Source: Chrysomallon squamiferum (lineage: Eukaryota; Animalia; Mollusca). From it: 64,000 nucleotides of DNA. A program made the position numbers and the translations under genes. The stretch spans positions 41,416,001 through 41,480,000 of the forward strand of contig CM022665.1 of assembly GCA_012295275.1 (NCBI GenBank). Reading direction: 5' to 3'. Below, one piece after another: positions 12,968 to 26,280 of the stretch. The notes below the pieces were generated by a model. That model did not search any database. It was not told the DNA's origin and saw only the letters and a list, made by a program, of their open reading frames with translations. Within the stretch, counting starts at the first letter, position 1; each line of letters starts with the position of its first letter.

Positions 12968-14864
12968 TTAGTGTGCACATGTACTTGTACAGTGAATGTA
13001 AATTTCAAAAAACAATGTGGATACTTTTTGTTTTATACACATTATGCTTTTTGAATGATAAAAAGTTATAAAACCCAACAAAAAAGAAAAAAATAATATA
13101 AAATAAAAAGTCAAAAACAAATAACCAGAATTAGTTTCCACTACTTCAGTTAACACTGAAGAACTCTCTTATTGATGAAACTTTTAATTGGCTTCTAACT
13201 AAACAGTGCAAAAAAAACCTTACCAACCATAAAATTAAAACTAATTTTATTCATTGACGGCCGATGAATAAAAATATTTTGTTGTTTTACTGAGTTTTTG
13301 TTGTTATTGTTGGTATTCTGTTTTACCTGTTAAAAGTTTTACTAAACTCTGTACCATTCAGACTATTTGCTAAAATATTTTATTAACTGCTTATTTGTTT
13401 TTAATTTCCACCTTTGTTGTTTTTGTGGGGGTTTTTAAAATATATTTCATCCTACAGTCAGTTTGGTTTTATTGATATATATACTGCAAAATACTAAAGT
13501 TTAATCAGTATTATAAATAATTGTAAACTGCTTTTATTTTATTTTCCTGGGGTTCTTATTTATTTATAATTTTATATTATTATTATTTCTTTCTTTTTTT
13601 TCAATTTTAATTTGACATTTTCTGTTTCACATAATACGTTTTCACAAATTCGAATGTCACAGTTACATTAACTTGCTAAAGATAAATAATAGAATTAATA
13701 ACTTACCTTCAGCTGGAGAATATTTTCTTTTTTTTTTTTTCTTTCTTTCTTTCTTTTATTTTAGTTTTCTTTTTAAAAAAAAGAAGAAAAACCTGAAACA
13801 AGACCAACAAGAGCAAACAAAAAGAAACTCCGTTCAAAAATTAACAAGTGTGATACAGCCTGAGTTATAGGTTTTACATGATCCGAGCATATGATTCAGA
13901 TGTACCTGTAGTAGTAAATTTATACGAGTTCTTTAATACTGCACACTATTCAATTTGTCCAGCCCAGAAGCACCATAGTGGACACATTGCCATTGATCGA
14001 CTTGTTTGTGCTGATCCCATTGGTCTTGGAAGGACACTATCTCCACCTCACTTGTCATAGTGAACTCTTCCACTGCCAGTATGGTCAGATGTGGCAGAAT
14101 CTATTTAAGTGACCAGCCGAGGGTATTCAGGTTGAAGAGAAATCAGTTCTCAGCCAGTTGTTGTCTTCTTGTTGGGTGGAATGGTAAGGAACGTGATTAA
14201 AATGAAATATATAAAAGAATGTTATTTTTGAAAAAGAAGAAAACAATATAGATTTTAATTTTTTCAATGAAATTGGTAAGATTTAAGTCTGTTGGAATTA
14301 TTTATCTTTTTCCTTTTTTTTTTTTTACACTTTTTTGCCTCGTTTTTTCTTTTTTTTTTCCCTTTTCTTTTTCTCCTTTGTTTTTGTTTTTTGTCATCTC
14401 TTTTTTTTTTTTTTATAAATTCTTTTTTGGGATATGGTTAAATAATGATTTTATTATTACCATTATTTTCATTATTTCTTTTAATTTAAGCAGTAAAAAA
14501 TAATCCATCAACAATATAAATGAATCTTCATATTTGTAAAATGTTACAGTTTAATGGATTTCTTCATAAAATCAGATTTTGAAAATATCAGCTATTTAAC
14601 TTAATTTATATAATTACTGAACAATAGAAACCATTTTTGGCTAAAAGATTTTTTTTTTTAATTTTAGTATAATGTTTTTGTTTTTAGGATTTATTTATTT
14701 AGTTTAATTTATTTTTTTTTTTTAATTTTTTTTTTTTACATTATTATTATTATTATAATTCTGTTGTTGTTTTCTTTACTGAAGGTATATTGTTTCCTCT
14801 TAATGTAACTGATGCTATTTATACATGATTATTCACTGGGCCATTCATCTGTACTGCCTTTTTT

Positions 14865-15062
14865 AGACCATTTCCCCAGGCCATTCAAAAACTGTTTTTT
14901 GGGTGTTTTTTTTGAAAGATCAAAGTTTGTGTTTGGCTATCAATGGGAAGGTTCATATAAATGATAAATTGTTGCTAATCAGTAACAACAGTCCTTGTTT
15001 TCTCTCAGATTTATTCATTTATAATAAAACCTTGTAAACCTTGTTGAGGTTAAACATACATT
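14865..15062 (+). mobile_element. Decayed SINE-like copy
   Basis: ATGGGAAGGTTCATATAAATGATAAATTGTTGCTAATCAG at 14943. Confidence 0.6.
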
Positions 15063-15768
15063 TTTTTTTTTTTTTTTATTCATTCATTCAGCATTTTAAC
15101 GCCAGTTTATTTAAACAACAGGAAAAATAATAAAACTCTTAATTTTCTATAAAAAAACCCCATCAATTGATGTTTTTGTTTCTCCATTGTTCTGCTTTAG
15201 GAGATGTATTAATCCTGTATATGGCTGACTGCCCAGCAAATTTTCTTTGCTTCCTCTTAATGTAAATAAAAGACTATGAAATATTCTGTAGAATTTCACC
15301 CTTCACGTACCATTGATTACTAGATTACATCTGTCTTTTTCCTTTTCTGTTATTATTTTTTTTTTTTATTATTATTTTTACTCCAGGCTAAGTGTGGGCT
15401 GATTGGATATCTCCAGCTCTTGGCAGATATTTTATTGAATATACAGCCAACAGTTTGTTTTTAATAGCACTTCTTTGATGTTGTGTTACACATTTGATGT
15501 TATTGAAAACCATTGTCTTGATAGCATATGCTGATAGTTTTCAAAATGTGTATCAGTTTGTGAAAATGTTGCCACTTGTGAAAGTCTGATGAAAAATAGA
15601 TCAATAACCATTAAAAGTATTGATTTTTTTATTGATTTTTTTTTTTTTTTTTTAATTGGAAGAAAAGTTAAATTATTTTTGACATTTTTTTTTTTTTTTT
15701 TTTTTTATAAATGATACGAAAACAAAAAATTATTTCTATATGTTGTTTTATTTAGAGATGTGACTTTA

Positions 15769-15802
<34 letters not shown>

Positions 15803-17294
15803 TTAAAAGATTAATCAAAATATATTTCTATACAGATAATTATTACATTTATACCTTATCAGAGTCAGGATTATCCATTGTACAAATATGACAGGCACCA
15901 GAACTGCCAACATCCCAGGGTGACAAAAATCCTAAACAGACTCGATTCAAATGGACAAGGAAGTACCAAGGGTGCTGAATACCAGTACATCATTGTGACC
16001 TAGTCTAGTCTTTGGTGAGAGTGAAATGCTTAAGACATCACTCTTAGCCATTAATGTGTCAATGAAAAACGCAAAAAAAGAAAACCATTTGTAGTCTTGC
16101 CTTCATATTAGCAATAAATGTTTTTAAAGCCACATTTTGATTAGCTAGCCAATTTGTACAACTCTAGACACTTTGAGTTGTTAGTTAGACCATCTTTAGA
16201 AACGTGAACATAATGATAATGGACACAGCGACACATAAAACACATTTTTACATCTCAGTTTGCTAATCTGGTGACTGATATTTTGCAGCAGATGACATTT
16301 ACAAAGTTCTCTGGTTAACGAATTTGAGTTCTGTAAGAACCAAGTTTTAGATGGGTGATTTAATAATGATAATAAATGAATAAGAGTACACACACACACA
16401 CACAAATATATAAGTAACATTTCAAAATTCTGTAATGTACGTATTGTGTGATCTTCATTTTGCAAAACTCTGTGTTCTAAGTGTATGAATGCTTTATTCA
16501 TGTCCTTTGAATACATGCTTTCATGAAGTCAGTAATTAGATAAGACATTTCTACATTTCTTGTACCATAATTGTAAATCTAGTGTTATCATCTTGCTTAG
16601 TGTGTTTACAGAATTTTATTCTTAGATACAGAGGAATCATAAAACAACAGCTGTAATGTGCATATCTTAATAATATCAGTGATAAAAAAACCTTAGCACA
16701 TTACTAATTTGGCATCTTGTAAAGGGTAATGTTTGCTTAACTGTATGTTTAGATATATAACATGTGCATTCTTCATCTTAGAATTGTGTACCTTGATAAT
16801 ATTTCTGAATTATTGTATATAAATAAATGTATGCAGTCTTGGAAAAGGTATTTTCAAGGTCATCATGTTTAAGAATGTAACTTTCATATACATATACCAG
16901 ACATAATCCATTTTCAATAACAGCAATGGATTAAATAACTTTTTGCAGTTAATTGTTACATGGTATGGGCCACTAAACAATAATTAACATTTACAAAACC
17001 TCTTTTGTTTAAATTAATATGTTTATCCATTACTTACAGATCGTAAAATGGTGGTGTATTAATAACCACTAAGTTAATACAACACTTTTAATTCATGACA
17101 GGAAAGAAAGACCTTGTACCAAACGACATCAAATTGGCCATTTGAGCCAGCAAGGAAATCATATCCACTTGACATTTAGTCAACTTCTAACTGTATCTTT
17201 GAGAACTGATTGTCTTCAGAAGGTCACGATTCTCTTTAGCTAAGCAGCCTCTACAACAATTGCAAATAATTAATTGCAGTTGACCCTCAAATTG

Positions 17295-17830
17295 ACATGA
17301 TCATGATTAGAAAAGAATCTAGCCCAGTTTCTGGTTGGATTAGTTCACAGAACCAGTTGCAGTTACTCTTCAGGTTAACAGATCATAACTGATTAGAAAA
17401 GAACTTAAGTCAAATTTCAGACTGGATCATTTTATAAAATGTGTTAGTAATTATGTAGGTTGAACTGATCATAGTTGTGATAAGAAAAGAACTTAGTCCA
17501 GTTTCAGTTAAGAAAAGAACCTGGTCCAGTTTCAGATTGGATAATTTTACGGTAATGTATTATAGTTATTTTTCAGGTTAATGGATTGTAATTTTGATTA
17601 CAGAATAAAATAGTGCAGTTTCAGAATTGCAAAATATGAATAGTTATGCTTAATATTGGCCTGGTCATAGTTATGTTTAGAAAAGGAACCTAGGATAGTT
17701 TCAGTCTGGATCATTTCACAAAATATGTTAGTAATTCTTTAAGCTGATCTGATCATAATGATGATTACAAAGAACCTAGTCCAGTTTCAGGTTGGATCAT
17801 TTTACAAAAGGTTGTAACACTGATCATAGT
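17295..17830. repeat. Degenerate tandem array, ~87-bp unit, about 6 copies
   Basis: Recurrent TGATCATA...GATTAGAAAAGAAC(C/T)TAGTCCAGTTTCAG(A/G)(C/T)TGGATCATTT. Confidence 0.8.
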
Positions 17831-19340
17831 GATTATTAAAATCAAACACTGATTGTATTATTTTACAAAGTGTTCTTGCAGCATACACCTGCTGTGTTAT
17901 TGGTATTTTCGCAATTTCACAATCTACTAACAGATGATTACCCTTGTTCAGCCTTAGGGAAAACCTTTTATTGACAAACAAAAATGCTGCCACCATAACA
18001 TAATTTACTTTGTCTCTCTCTCTTGAACAAAAGATCATGCTGTAAATTATGATTTTTTTTTTTTTTTTCTCTTCTTTCTTTCACCAGGAATCAAACAGCA
18101 GACACAACCATCACGCTTAAGTGGAGTCCTTTCATAAGTGAATTTAACATAATTGACTTTTTATTCCATGAAGACACAATTTCAGTCTCACCAAGAACAC
18201 ACTACAAACTGAATAGGTCTGCAGATTATAGATTTCCATGGACAAACAGTCTGTTGGTAGATTCTGATGATCTTTATTTTTTGCTATCTATATACGTGTG
18301 TGTCTCGGTTATATGTGGATCAGCATTAGCGCCACTGGTAAATGACTGCTGATACAAATCAGTCATACACATTAGTCGCACACATTTCCTCCTCAAGTAT
18401 TGATACTTACAGATTTCAATTGATCCTCTGTAACAAACATATAATTATATACTATTCATGTCAGTGACACCAAGGACATTAAAAAAAAACAAAAAAAAAA
18501 AAAAACAGTTCATGACTTTGTTCTGACACACTTTTAAGTACTCTCTTATGTAGGATGCATTCTGGTGAGTCTTAATGTATTGTAATTGTTATATATCCAC
18601 ATAAGATTGTGAGAGTAGCTAAATATGAATCATTGAAAGCACTGTTGTAAGACTGCAAGAAACTACAGTACATCTATTAGACTGTAAGAAATCATATTAC
18701 ATCTCTTACTGCATTCTGATGGTATAATAATAACTGGCTTAATATGTTGATAATATATCAACAAAACCCATTAACGCTTACCAATATTGGTTTATTGCAT
18801 AGGGATATCAAGCAGAATTTCGATGTCATTGTCAAAAAAAAAAAAAATTAAAGGTTCTGTTTAGGTGTAGTACTTTAAGATTTTCAAATTCTCAAACAAT
18901 ACTGATCATCACAAATGAAATGAGATGCTGTCAATAATGGAGGTTTTTGCACATTTGTCATTTTAAGTATTTGTTTTTCTCATTTTCATTTTTTTTTTTT
19001 TTTTTAATACTGCATACTCAGCCTTGAATATTTGTGAGGTATTTCTTGTGGTTGTATTAAAACAGATCTCAGTATATAATCACTGTCGTTTGTTAATTAA
19101 TCAAGTTAATGATTATTAAGAGTTGCTGAAATTGGCTCATATCACATTTCCTGATGTTGTCACATTTTGTCAATATTCAAAATGTTATATCGCAAAAAGT
19201 AAGCAAGATAACAAAATAATTTGTTGGTTGCTCTGTATTTGTGTTCTAAAGTTCTGTATAAAAAAAAAAAATAAAAAAAAAAAAAAAAAAAAAAAAATGA
19301 AAATAGATATAAATAAAACACAATTGGCTGCCAGTACCTA

Positions 19341-19825
19341 TTATTTATCACTACTGTGATATGGATTGCAGTAATGTTGTCTTGGTATTGAACACATATT
19401 AATGATCTGTCTATAAAATATATCATTCTGTTAATGGTTTGTTACATAATGAAATCTAATACAGGCTTTCTTTAAATAAAAAAAAAAAAAAAAAAGATAA
19501 GAAAAAAGAAAATTAAATTCTTGATGATTAATTATCATTAATGTGATATGTACTATAATTTGGTTGTCTTGGTATTGAACACATTTTAATGATGTATCTA
19601 CAAAATATGTCATTTTGTTATTGGTTTGTTATATAATGAAATCTAATACAGGGTTTTTTAAAAAAAAAAAGAAAAAAGAAAAAAAAGATATTCTTGATGA
19701 TTATTTATTACTACAGTGCTATGGACAATAATTTGATTGTCATTCTACTAAAGATATTTTAATGATGTATGTATATATGTATGAAATATATCATTTTGTA
19801 AATGGTTTGTTGTATATTAATGTTT
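19341..19825. repeat. Tandem triplication, ~180-bp unit, separated by A-tracts
   Basis: TTGTCTTGGTATTGAACACAT...TTAATGAT...TCATT(C/T)TGTTA(A/T)TGGTTTGTTA(C/T)ATAATGAAATCTAATACAGG occurs twice almost intact, plus a diverged third copy. Confidence 0.85.
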
Positions 19826-22258
19826 AAAGTAGAGTTCTCTGAAAAATAAGACTTACTGATGCAGAATTATTATTATTATCATTATTATTATTATTATTAT
19901 ATATACATATATAAAACACATTAAAAAAATATATATATAAAACATATCTTCAAACTGGAATACATAAAAATATAATTAAAAACTAAAATGACTTTTGTAT
20001 GTGAATGTTAAAGACAATTTTAAAATAACTGATAAACCTATCTTGCTTTATAAATAGCTGAAAGCATAATTTCTCACTGATTTTTTTTAACAATGGAAAC
20101 ATAAACCACAGTGCATCTTTCATAATGCAGAAGAGACACGAGGTATTTATTTGCAGATTAATTAATGCAAGTGGACTCTGAAGGTATTTAGTTATTTCTT
20201 ATTTTCTAACCAGCTCTGATGGCTGATTAAGTTGCTACTAAATCATCTGCTTTAAGGATGATAGCTTGGTAATGGGTTCATATGGTTGCACAGATAAAGA
20301 AAGATTCACTGCCATTTGAAGACGTTGTTGTATTCTCCAGTATTTTGGCTCAGTTAATAAAGAGGGTTGTAGGTTGGTTGTGTGACTTGCCCTAATTAGT
20401 TTTGAACAGTGTGGTAGGTGGAGGAAAGCAGAAAACCAGTTTTGGAAAGCAAGACATTTTTATATTAATGTAAACTGGTCTTATTATCAGTGTCACTGTT
20501 ATTAATGCCTTCAAGTGGGCTTCTGGTATTGGACAGTGTAGAATGAGGAAGTGATTTGAACTTGATTTCCTTTTCCTTCCATACTCCATCATGCTTTTTT
20601 TTTTTTTTTTTTTTTTTTAAATTTCTTCTTTTTTATTTTCTACTTTGACCCTCTCTTCTTTGTCACACTTAATTTAATTTTTTTTTAAATTTATTTTTCT
20701 CATTGATTCTTTCTCTCCATGTCTCTAACTCTTTTTTTTCTGCTTCTGCCTCTGAATCGGTGTCTCCTTCTGTCAGTATCTCGGTCTCTATACCGACATC
20801 TCTGTTAGTATTTCTGTTTCTGTGTCTCATTCATTGCCTTCCAATTGACTCAAAATTGTAAAAACACCAAAGAAATATATAAGTGTCTTTACGTCCAGTA
20901 ATTATTTAAATAATGTAATTGTCCTAGCGGTAACCTCCGAAATACCGTCTACATTTGATGAGTGTGTTGTTGAAGTGTGTTAACAAAATGGTGTGATGCA
21001 ACGGCCGATTGTGTGACACAAGGGCAACGGGGCAAACTTTGAAGGACCCTGTGGATAATGAAGCAGTGGTGTAAAAGTGAAAAGATTTTGCTGTTACAGC
21101 TGACAAATCACTCTCTGATTTATAGCCATGTCTGGGCTATAGACAGTGTGATCCCCCCATTTCATCTGGTCTGTAACGCAGCCTTCTCAAGTTGTAATTC
21201 GTTAGCATGGAAATGAAGCCATCAGACACATGGATTTTGTTTGCTTAGGGGAGCATGGTGGCCAGGCTGTTAAAGCTGGATTCATGGAGAGTCTGTGTTT
21301 TTGCTTTTCTTGTAATTAAAGAGAGGATTTCGAATGTGCTTAATGCTGTCATTTTCTTTTATGTGCTCTTGTCTGTATTCATGTCTGTCTCCTTCTCCAT
21401 CTCAATGAAAGACAGCAATTACAAGCCATTTTTATCTTTTCCCTATGTTTTCTGATTCATAGAAACTTCTCTTTTTCCTTCCTTTACTTGTTTTCATGTT
21501 TTCTTGTTACCGTTATGGTTTTGTCGTTACATTCCAAGTATTTGTTTTTTTAGTACACGATTCTGCTTCTATACATATTTTAGGCATAACAGTACTCTTC
21601 TACTCTGCAAAAAAAAAAAAAACAGGAAATTACATGCATTTTAATGATAATGTTCAGTATCTGAAAGCCGTTCTGCAAAAATAAATAAATAAAATAAATA
21701 GTGGCACCGTCTGACATAACCTGGGTATGGGAATATCATGTAACATAAAGTCACATTCAGAATAACTCTTTCCATCAATACTCTGAGACTGGCAGTTCAC
21801 ATTAGCCGGCCACAGTATATGGGCAAAGGCTTTTAATTACTTTTGAATCAGCCGTGCTCTTTTTGTTTCTTGCTGTCCATTCTGACCACTGGTCATCGGC
21901 TGAGGTTGGGTGTTGGGGATATGGTTGTCTCTGTATGATTCTTGTTAATTATATCAAGCTATCCGTCACTTACAAAGGAACATCGTCTCGCAGTGTCTGC
22001 GTTGTGGCCGTTTCCTCGGTCGTTTTACTGATTTTCTGTCACAGAAATTGATGCCTGACACTGCTTGGTCATTTTAGCCTTTTTAATAAAAGTTTGTAGA
22101 ACACATCTAGTGTTGGTTGGACATAAAAGAGGCACCAGATGTAAATATATACATTGTGTGTGTGTGTGTGTGTGAGAGGTTAGTGAGTCACTGATAACAA
22201 CATGTGCATAGTCGTGATTGAGTAGTAATGGTGTCTGTGTGTATATATGTGTGTGTCT

Positions 22259-22301
<43 letters not shown>

Positions 22302-22930
22302 CACTGAATCTGTTATACAGACATTATATAAACACAGATATACAAATTTCATGTATACATATAAAAGTTGTTATTCCTGTGATTTTTTCTTAACTGTCTT
22401 TTTTCTGTGTTCTGTATTTTGTAACAGCACTGGGACATGGAATAATAAAATATTAGGGATTTTATTTTTTATTTGATCAGTTAATTTATTATTTCATTAT
22501 CATCATGATCATAATCTTCATCATGATTATTAATAGAAGAAGAAATAGAAGTAGTCTGGTTGATGTACTGTAGATAAATTGTGTTTTTGTGTGACAGCAC
22601 TTGAGTGACATGGCTGTCTCATCATTCAGTGCTAAGATGTTACATTATTAACAAAAAAAAAAAAAAAATGACTATGTTTTCTTAAGAGACTATCCAATTT
22701 AATCCCTAATGGATATAAGCTGGATAACAAACACAAACAGAGTATATTGTTGAGTAAAAGTAGTCTTAAATTTTTTTTTTTTTAAAGTTCCTGTGTCAGA
22801 CTTAAAGAGGTTTACTTTCTACTTTGGGTTAATCCATTGAAAAAAATGTCAAATTTGTCTGTAAAGAATTAGAAAATATATATTTTAAATATGGAGTCAC
22901 ATTTTAATTTTCTTTTTTGGTCTGTACATT

Positions 22931-22979
<49 letters not shown>

Positions 22980-23595
22980 TCAAATTTAAGGTAACTAATT
23001 TAGAAAAAAAAAAAAAATTTAGGAGGCATTCTTTGTTTTTCCTTATCTCTGTTATTCTAATTCTTTTTCTTTTTTTTTTTTTTTTTCTCAGTCTCTCCAA
23101 ACCTAGTGCTCATCTCTGTTTTATACCTGTATCTCTCCATTTTTTTATAAATCTCGCTCTTGTTTTATACCTCAGTCTCTCCATCACTGTAACATCTCTC
23201 TCTCTCTTTGATATCTTATTCTCTCCATCCTTATAACTGCTCCTTTATTTACAAGTCATCCATTCCAGTTCATAACACACACCTTTACACAGCCAGCAAA
23301 ACAGTGATAAATAGAGTATGCACCAAATAACAATAACCTTAACTCCAGATTTTAAGTGTGTCCAGCCTTGTCCATTCATCGTAAGACAATCAGTGTGGGT
23401 GTCCGCATTGCTATCTGGTGTGAGTCTGTGAGTTTCAGTATTCTCCACAGACTGATCAACTCACCCAATTAGCACAGAACATCCTTATTAACACAGCTCA
23501 CCCAGCATACAATGGCTAACAGTTTAATAGTCTGGTGACTACAGTGTTCAATAGCTGTCAGTAATAAGAATAGTGTGGCTGCAGTACCCTCAGTA

Positions 23596-24170
23596 TAGTG
23601 AAATAAATCCTGCAGTATACAGTGAGGATGTAGTAAAATAAATCCTGCAGTATACAGTGAGGATGTAGTAAAATAAATCCTGCAGTATACAGTGAGGATG
23701 TAGTAAAATAAATCCTGCAGTATACAGTGAGGATGTAGTGAAATAAATCCTGCAGTATACAGTGAGGATGTAGTAAAATAAATCCTGCAGTATACAGTGA
23801 GGATATAGTAAAATAAATCCTGCAGTATGCAGTGAGGATGTAGTAAAATAAATCCTGCAGTATGCAGTGAGGATGTAGTAAAATAAATCCTGCAGTATGC
23901 AGTGAGGATGTAGTAAAATAAATCCTGCAGTATACAGTGAGGATGTAGTAAAATAAATCCTGCAGTATGCAGTCACGATGTAGTAAAATAAATCCTGCAG
24001 TATGCAGTGAGGATGTAGTAAAATAAATCCTGCAGTATGCAGTCACGATGTAGTAAAATAAATCCTGCAGTATACAGTGAGGATGTAGTAAAATAAATCC
24101 TGCATTATGCAGTCACGATGTAGTAAAATAAATCCTGCAGTATACAATAAGGATATAGTAAAATCCTGCA
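23596..24170. repeat. 35-bp minisatellite, about 16 near-identical units
   Basis: Unit CAGTAT(A/G)CAGT(GAG/CAC)GATGTAGTAAAATAAATCCTG starting at 23613, 23648, 23683 and so on. Confidence 0.97.
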
Positions 24171-25170
24171 GAATGTGGTAAAATATATTTTAACAATGTG
24201 GTCTAATGAATCGTGCAATATACAGTTAAAATTGAACATTATATTTTGTCTGCTGTTTAGTTTATTTTATGAAAGTATTAAATACATTTTGACTGCAGTA
24301 CAGAGTGTAATAAGAGACATGCCATCACTATAATACTTTGTAAAAGTGCATTAAAAGGTATATCACCTTCCTATTTATAGTGATCTCTGTAGATGATAGC
24401 CAAAGAACATCTTAAAATATTTACCTGGATTTTTGGGGGTTTAATTGTATTGATTTCATTAGATATTTATAGGTGATACTTAACCTTGGATTCCATGCAT
24501 AGATTAGATGAGAGATTAATACTGTTTGTGTTGTTTGTAATGAAAAACAAATTAATGTAATGTATATTGCCAAAGTGCGTGCGTGTGTGTGTATGTGTGT
24601 GCGTGTGTGTGTGTGTGTTGTGTGTGTGTGTGTTTGTGTTGTGTGCATGCGTGCTTGCATGTGTTTATGTGTAGTAGTAGTAGTAGTAGTAACTGTAGTA
24701 TACTAGTAGTAGGGATGGTGGTATTTATATAAAAAAATATTAATTTTGTTTTTCATTATCTTCACATTTCATTTACACAACTCTTTATCTGGTTTGAAGC
24801 AATACATTCCATCTAAATACAGGGAACTGTCATAGTCCCCTGACAGTGCTATTATTAGCTGTGTGATGACTGTTCAGAATAACTAAATGTGCCAGTAAGA
24901 AATTGTATTCATTCAAGAATAGGAAAAACAGGTACCAGATGTTTCATGACCAATCTATCAGTGGTCATGATATATATCATCAGTATGGTGCCCTGTGTTT
25001 AACCCACTTCTTTAACCTGCACTTTTTGTTTTAAAAACACACATCCATATAAATTATCTTCTAATATGTTATTACATTCCCAATCCAGCCAGACCTCAGT
25101 TATTTACATAAGTGGTAGTGACACATTATGCTGATTCTGTCCAATGGAAATAATATGTAAAAGATTCCAA

Positions 25171-25217
<47 letters not shown>

Positions 25218-26079
25218 CAGAACTTTTCTGTTAATTATTTTCATGACTAAAATCATCATTGTAACTTGATAAGCTTTAATTCATATGCAGTATAGAATGT
25301 ATTTCTATATGTGTGTTTGTATGTGTATCGTCATGCTTGTGTGTAATAAAGAATGTTCTGTTGTCTTGTGTATGTCTGATTAGACTTTGGACACACACAT
25401 ATTTCAGAAATGCACTGTTGCAGGAGTATAAAGCCCAATCATAACATCACAAATTTTAGATGTGGCTGACAAGACTTGAACATAGGTGACTGTGTGCATG
25501 TGTGCATGCATGCATGCATGTGTGTATTAAGATACTGTTTTCATTCATTCATTCTTTCAGTAACATAATCATTATTAATTACTGTTAAAGAAATACCACT
25601 TACTGAGTTTGACATCAGATTTTGGCTTTGTTTATTTTCTTGTTATCAACAGATGTTTTATAACAATACATTGGTATATTTGACTTACATATCAGATTAC
25701 TGAAATAATACTTACTAGATAAATAAATATAAAGAAACAGGTTCAGTTCTAGTGGATGTTAGAAGGGTCTTGAAGAAACAGCTACAGTTTGTTTGAATCA
25801 TTTAATTTACTTAACACCAGGCATGTTAAATTATTTATGGTTTATTTTGAAATGCTTTCTTTAATATTTAAAATTATATAATATGATAAACAGAGGTGAA
25901 AAGAATAAGAAAATAAAAATGATTGAAAGAAGAAAGAAAGAATGGGAAGTAAAGTTATGGACATGATGAAAGAATAAATTGAAAAAAGTAAGGATTGAGT
26001 GAAACTGCAAAGAAAGAATTTGAAACATAACAAACATCTCGTAATAAACTTTAACGAATCTTGATTATCATATTGTTAA

Positions 26080-26280
26080 ATACAGAAAAAGATAAATACT
26101 TAAAGAAAAAAAAAACTGAAGACAAATAAACTAAATAAGAGTTGCCAACCTAATCCACATACATAAATATGGTGGACTATTGAATACAGAGAAAGATAAA
26201 TACTTAAGAAAAGAAACTGAAGACAAATTAATTAAATAAGGATTGCCAAGGTAACACACATACATAATTATGGTGACAAT
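26080..26280. repeat. Tandem duplication, ~104 bp
   Basis: ATACAGA(A/G)AAAGATAAATACTTAA...AACTGAAGACAAAT...TTGCCAA...CACATACATAA(A/T)TATGGTG occurs twice. Confidence 0.8.

Noticed and set aside
4506-18334. Shared 11-mer CATTAGCGCCA at 4506 and 18324 (partial reverse CTCF-like)
   Set aside because: Each needs an indel to fit the CTCF core, and 11-mer repeats are expected by chance at this window size.
23255-23300. PFQF on + strand and EWM on - strand, echoing the missing upstream CPSF2 exon (VEWMS...NPFQF)
   Set aside because: The flanking residues do not match (HPFQFITHTFTQPAKQ-stop), the two words are on opposite strands of the same bases, and there are no suitable splice sites.
23596-24170. 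CRISPR-like appearance (35-bp palindromic repeat) and repeat-protein ORFs on the minus strand
   Set aside because: The units are head-to-tail with no unique spacers, there are no cas genes, and the context is a eukaryotic intron. The ORFs result from a stop-poor unit whose length is not a multiple of 3.
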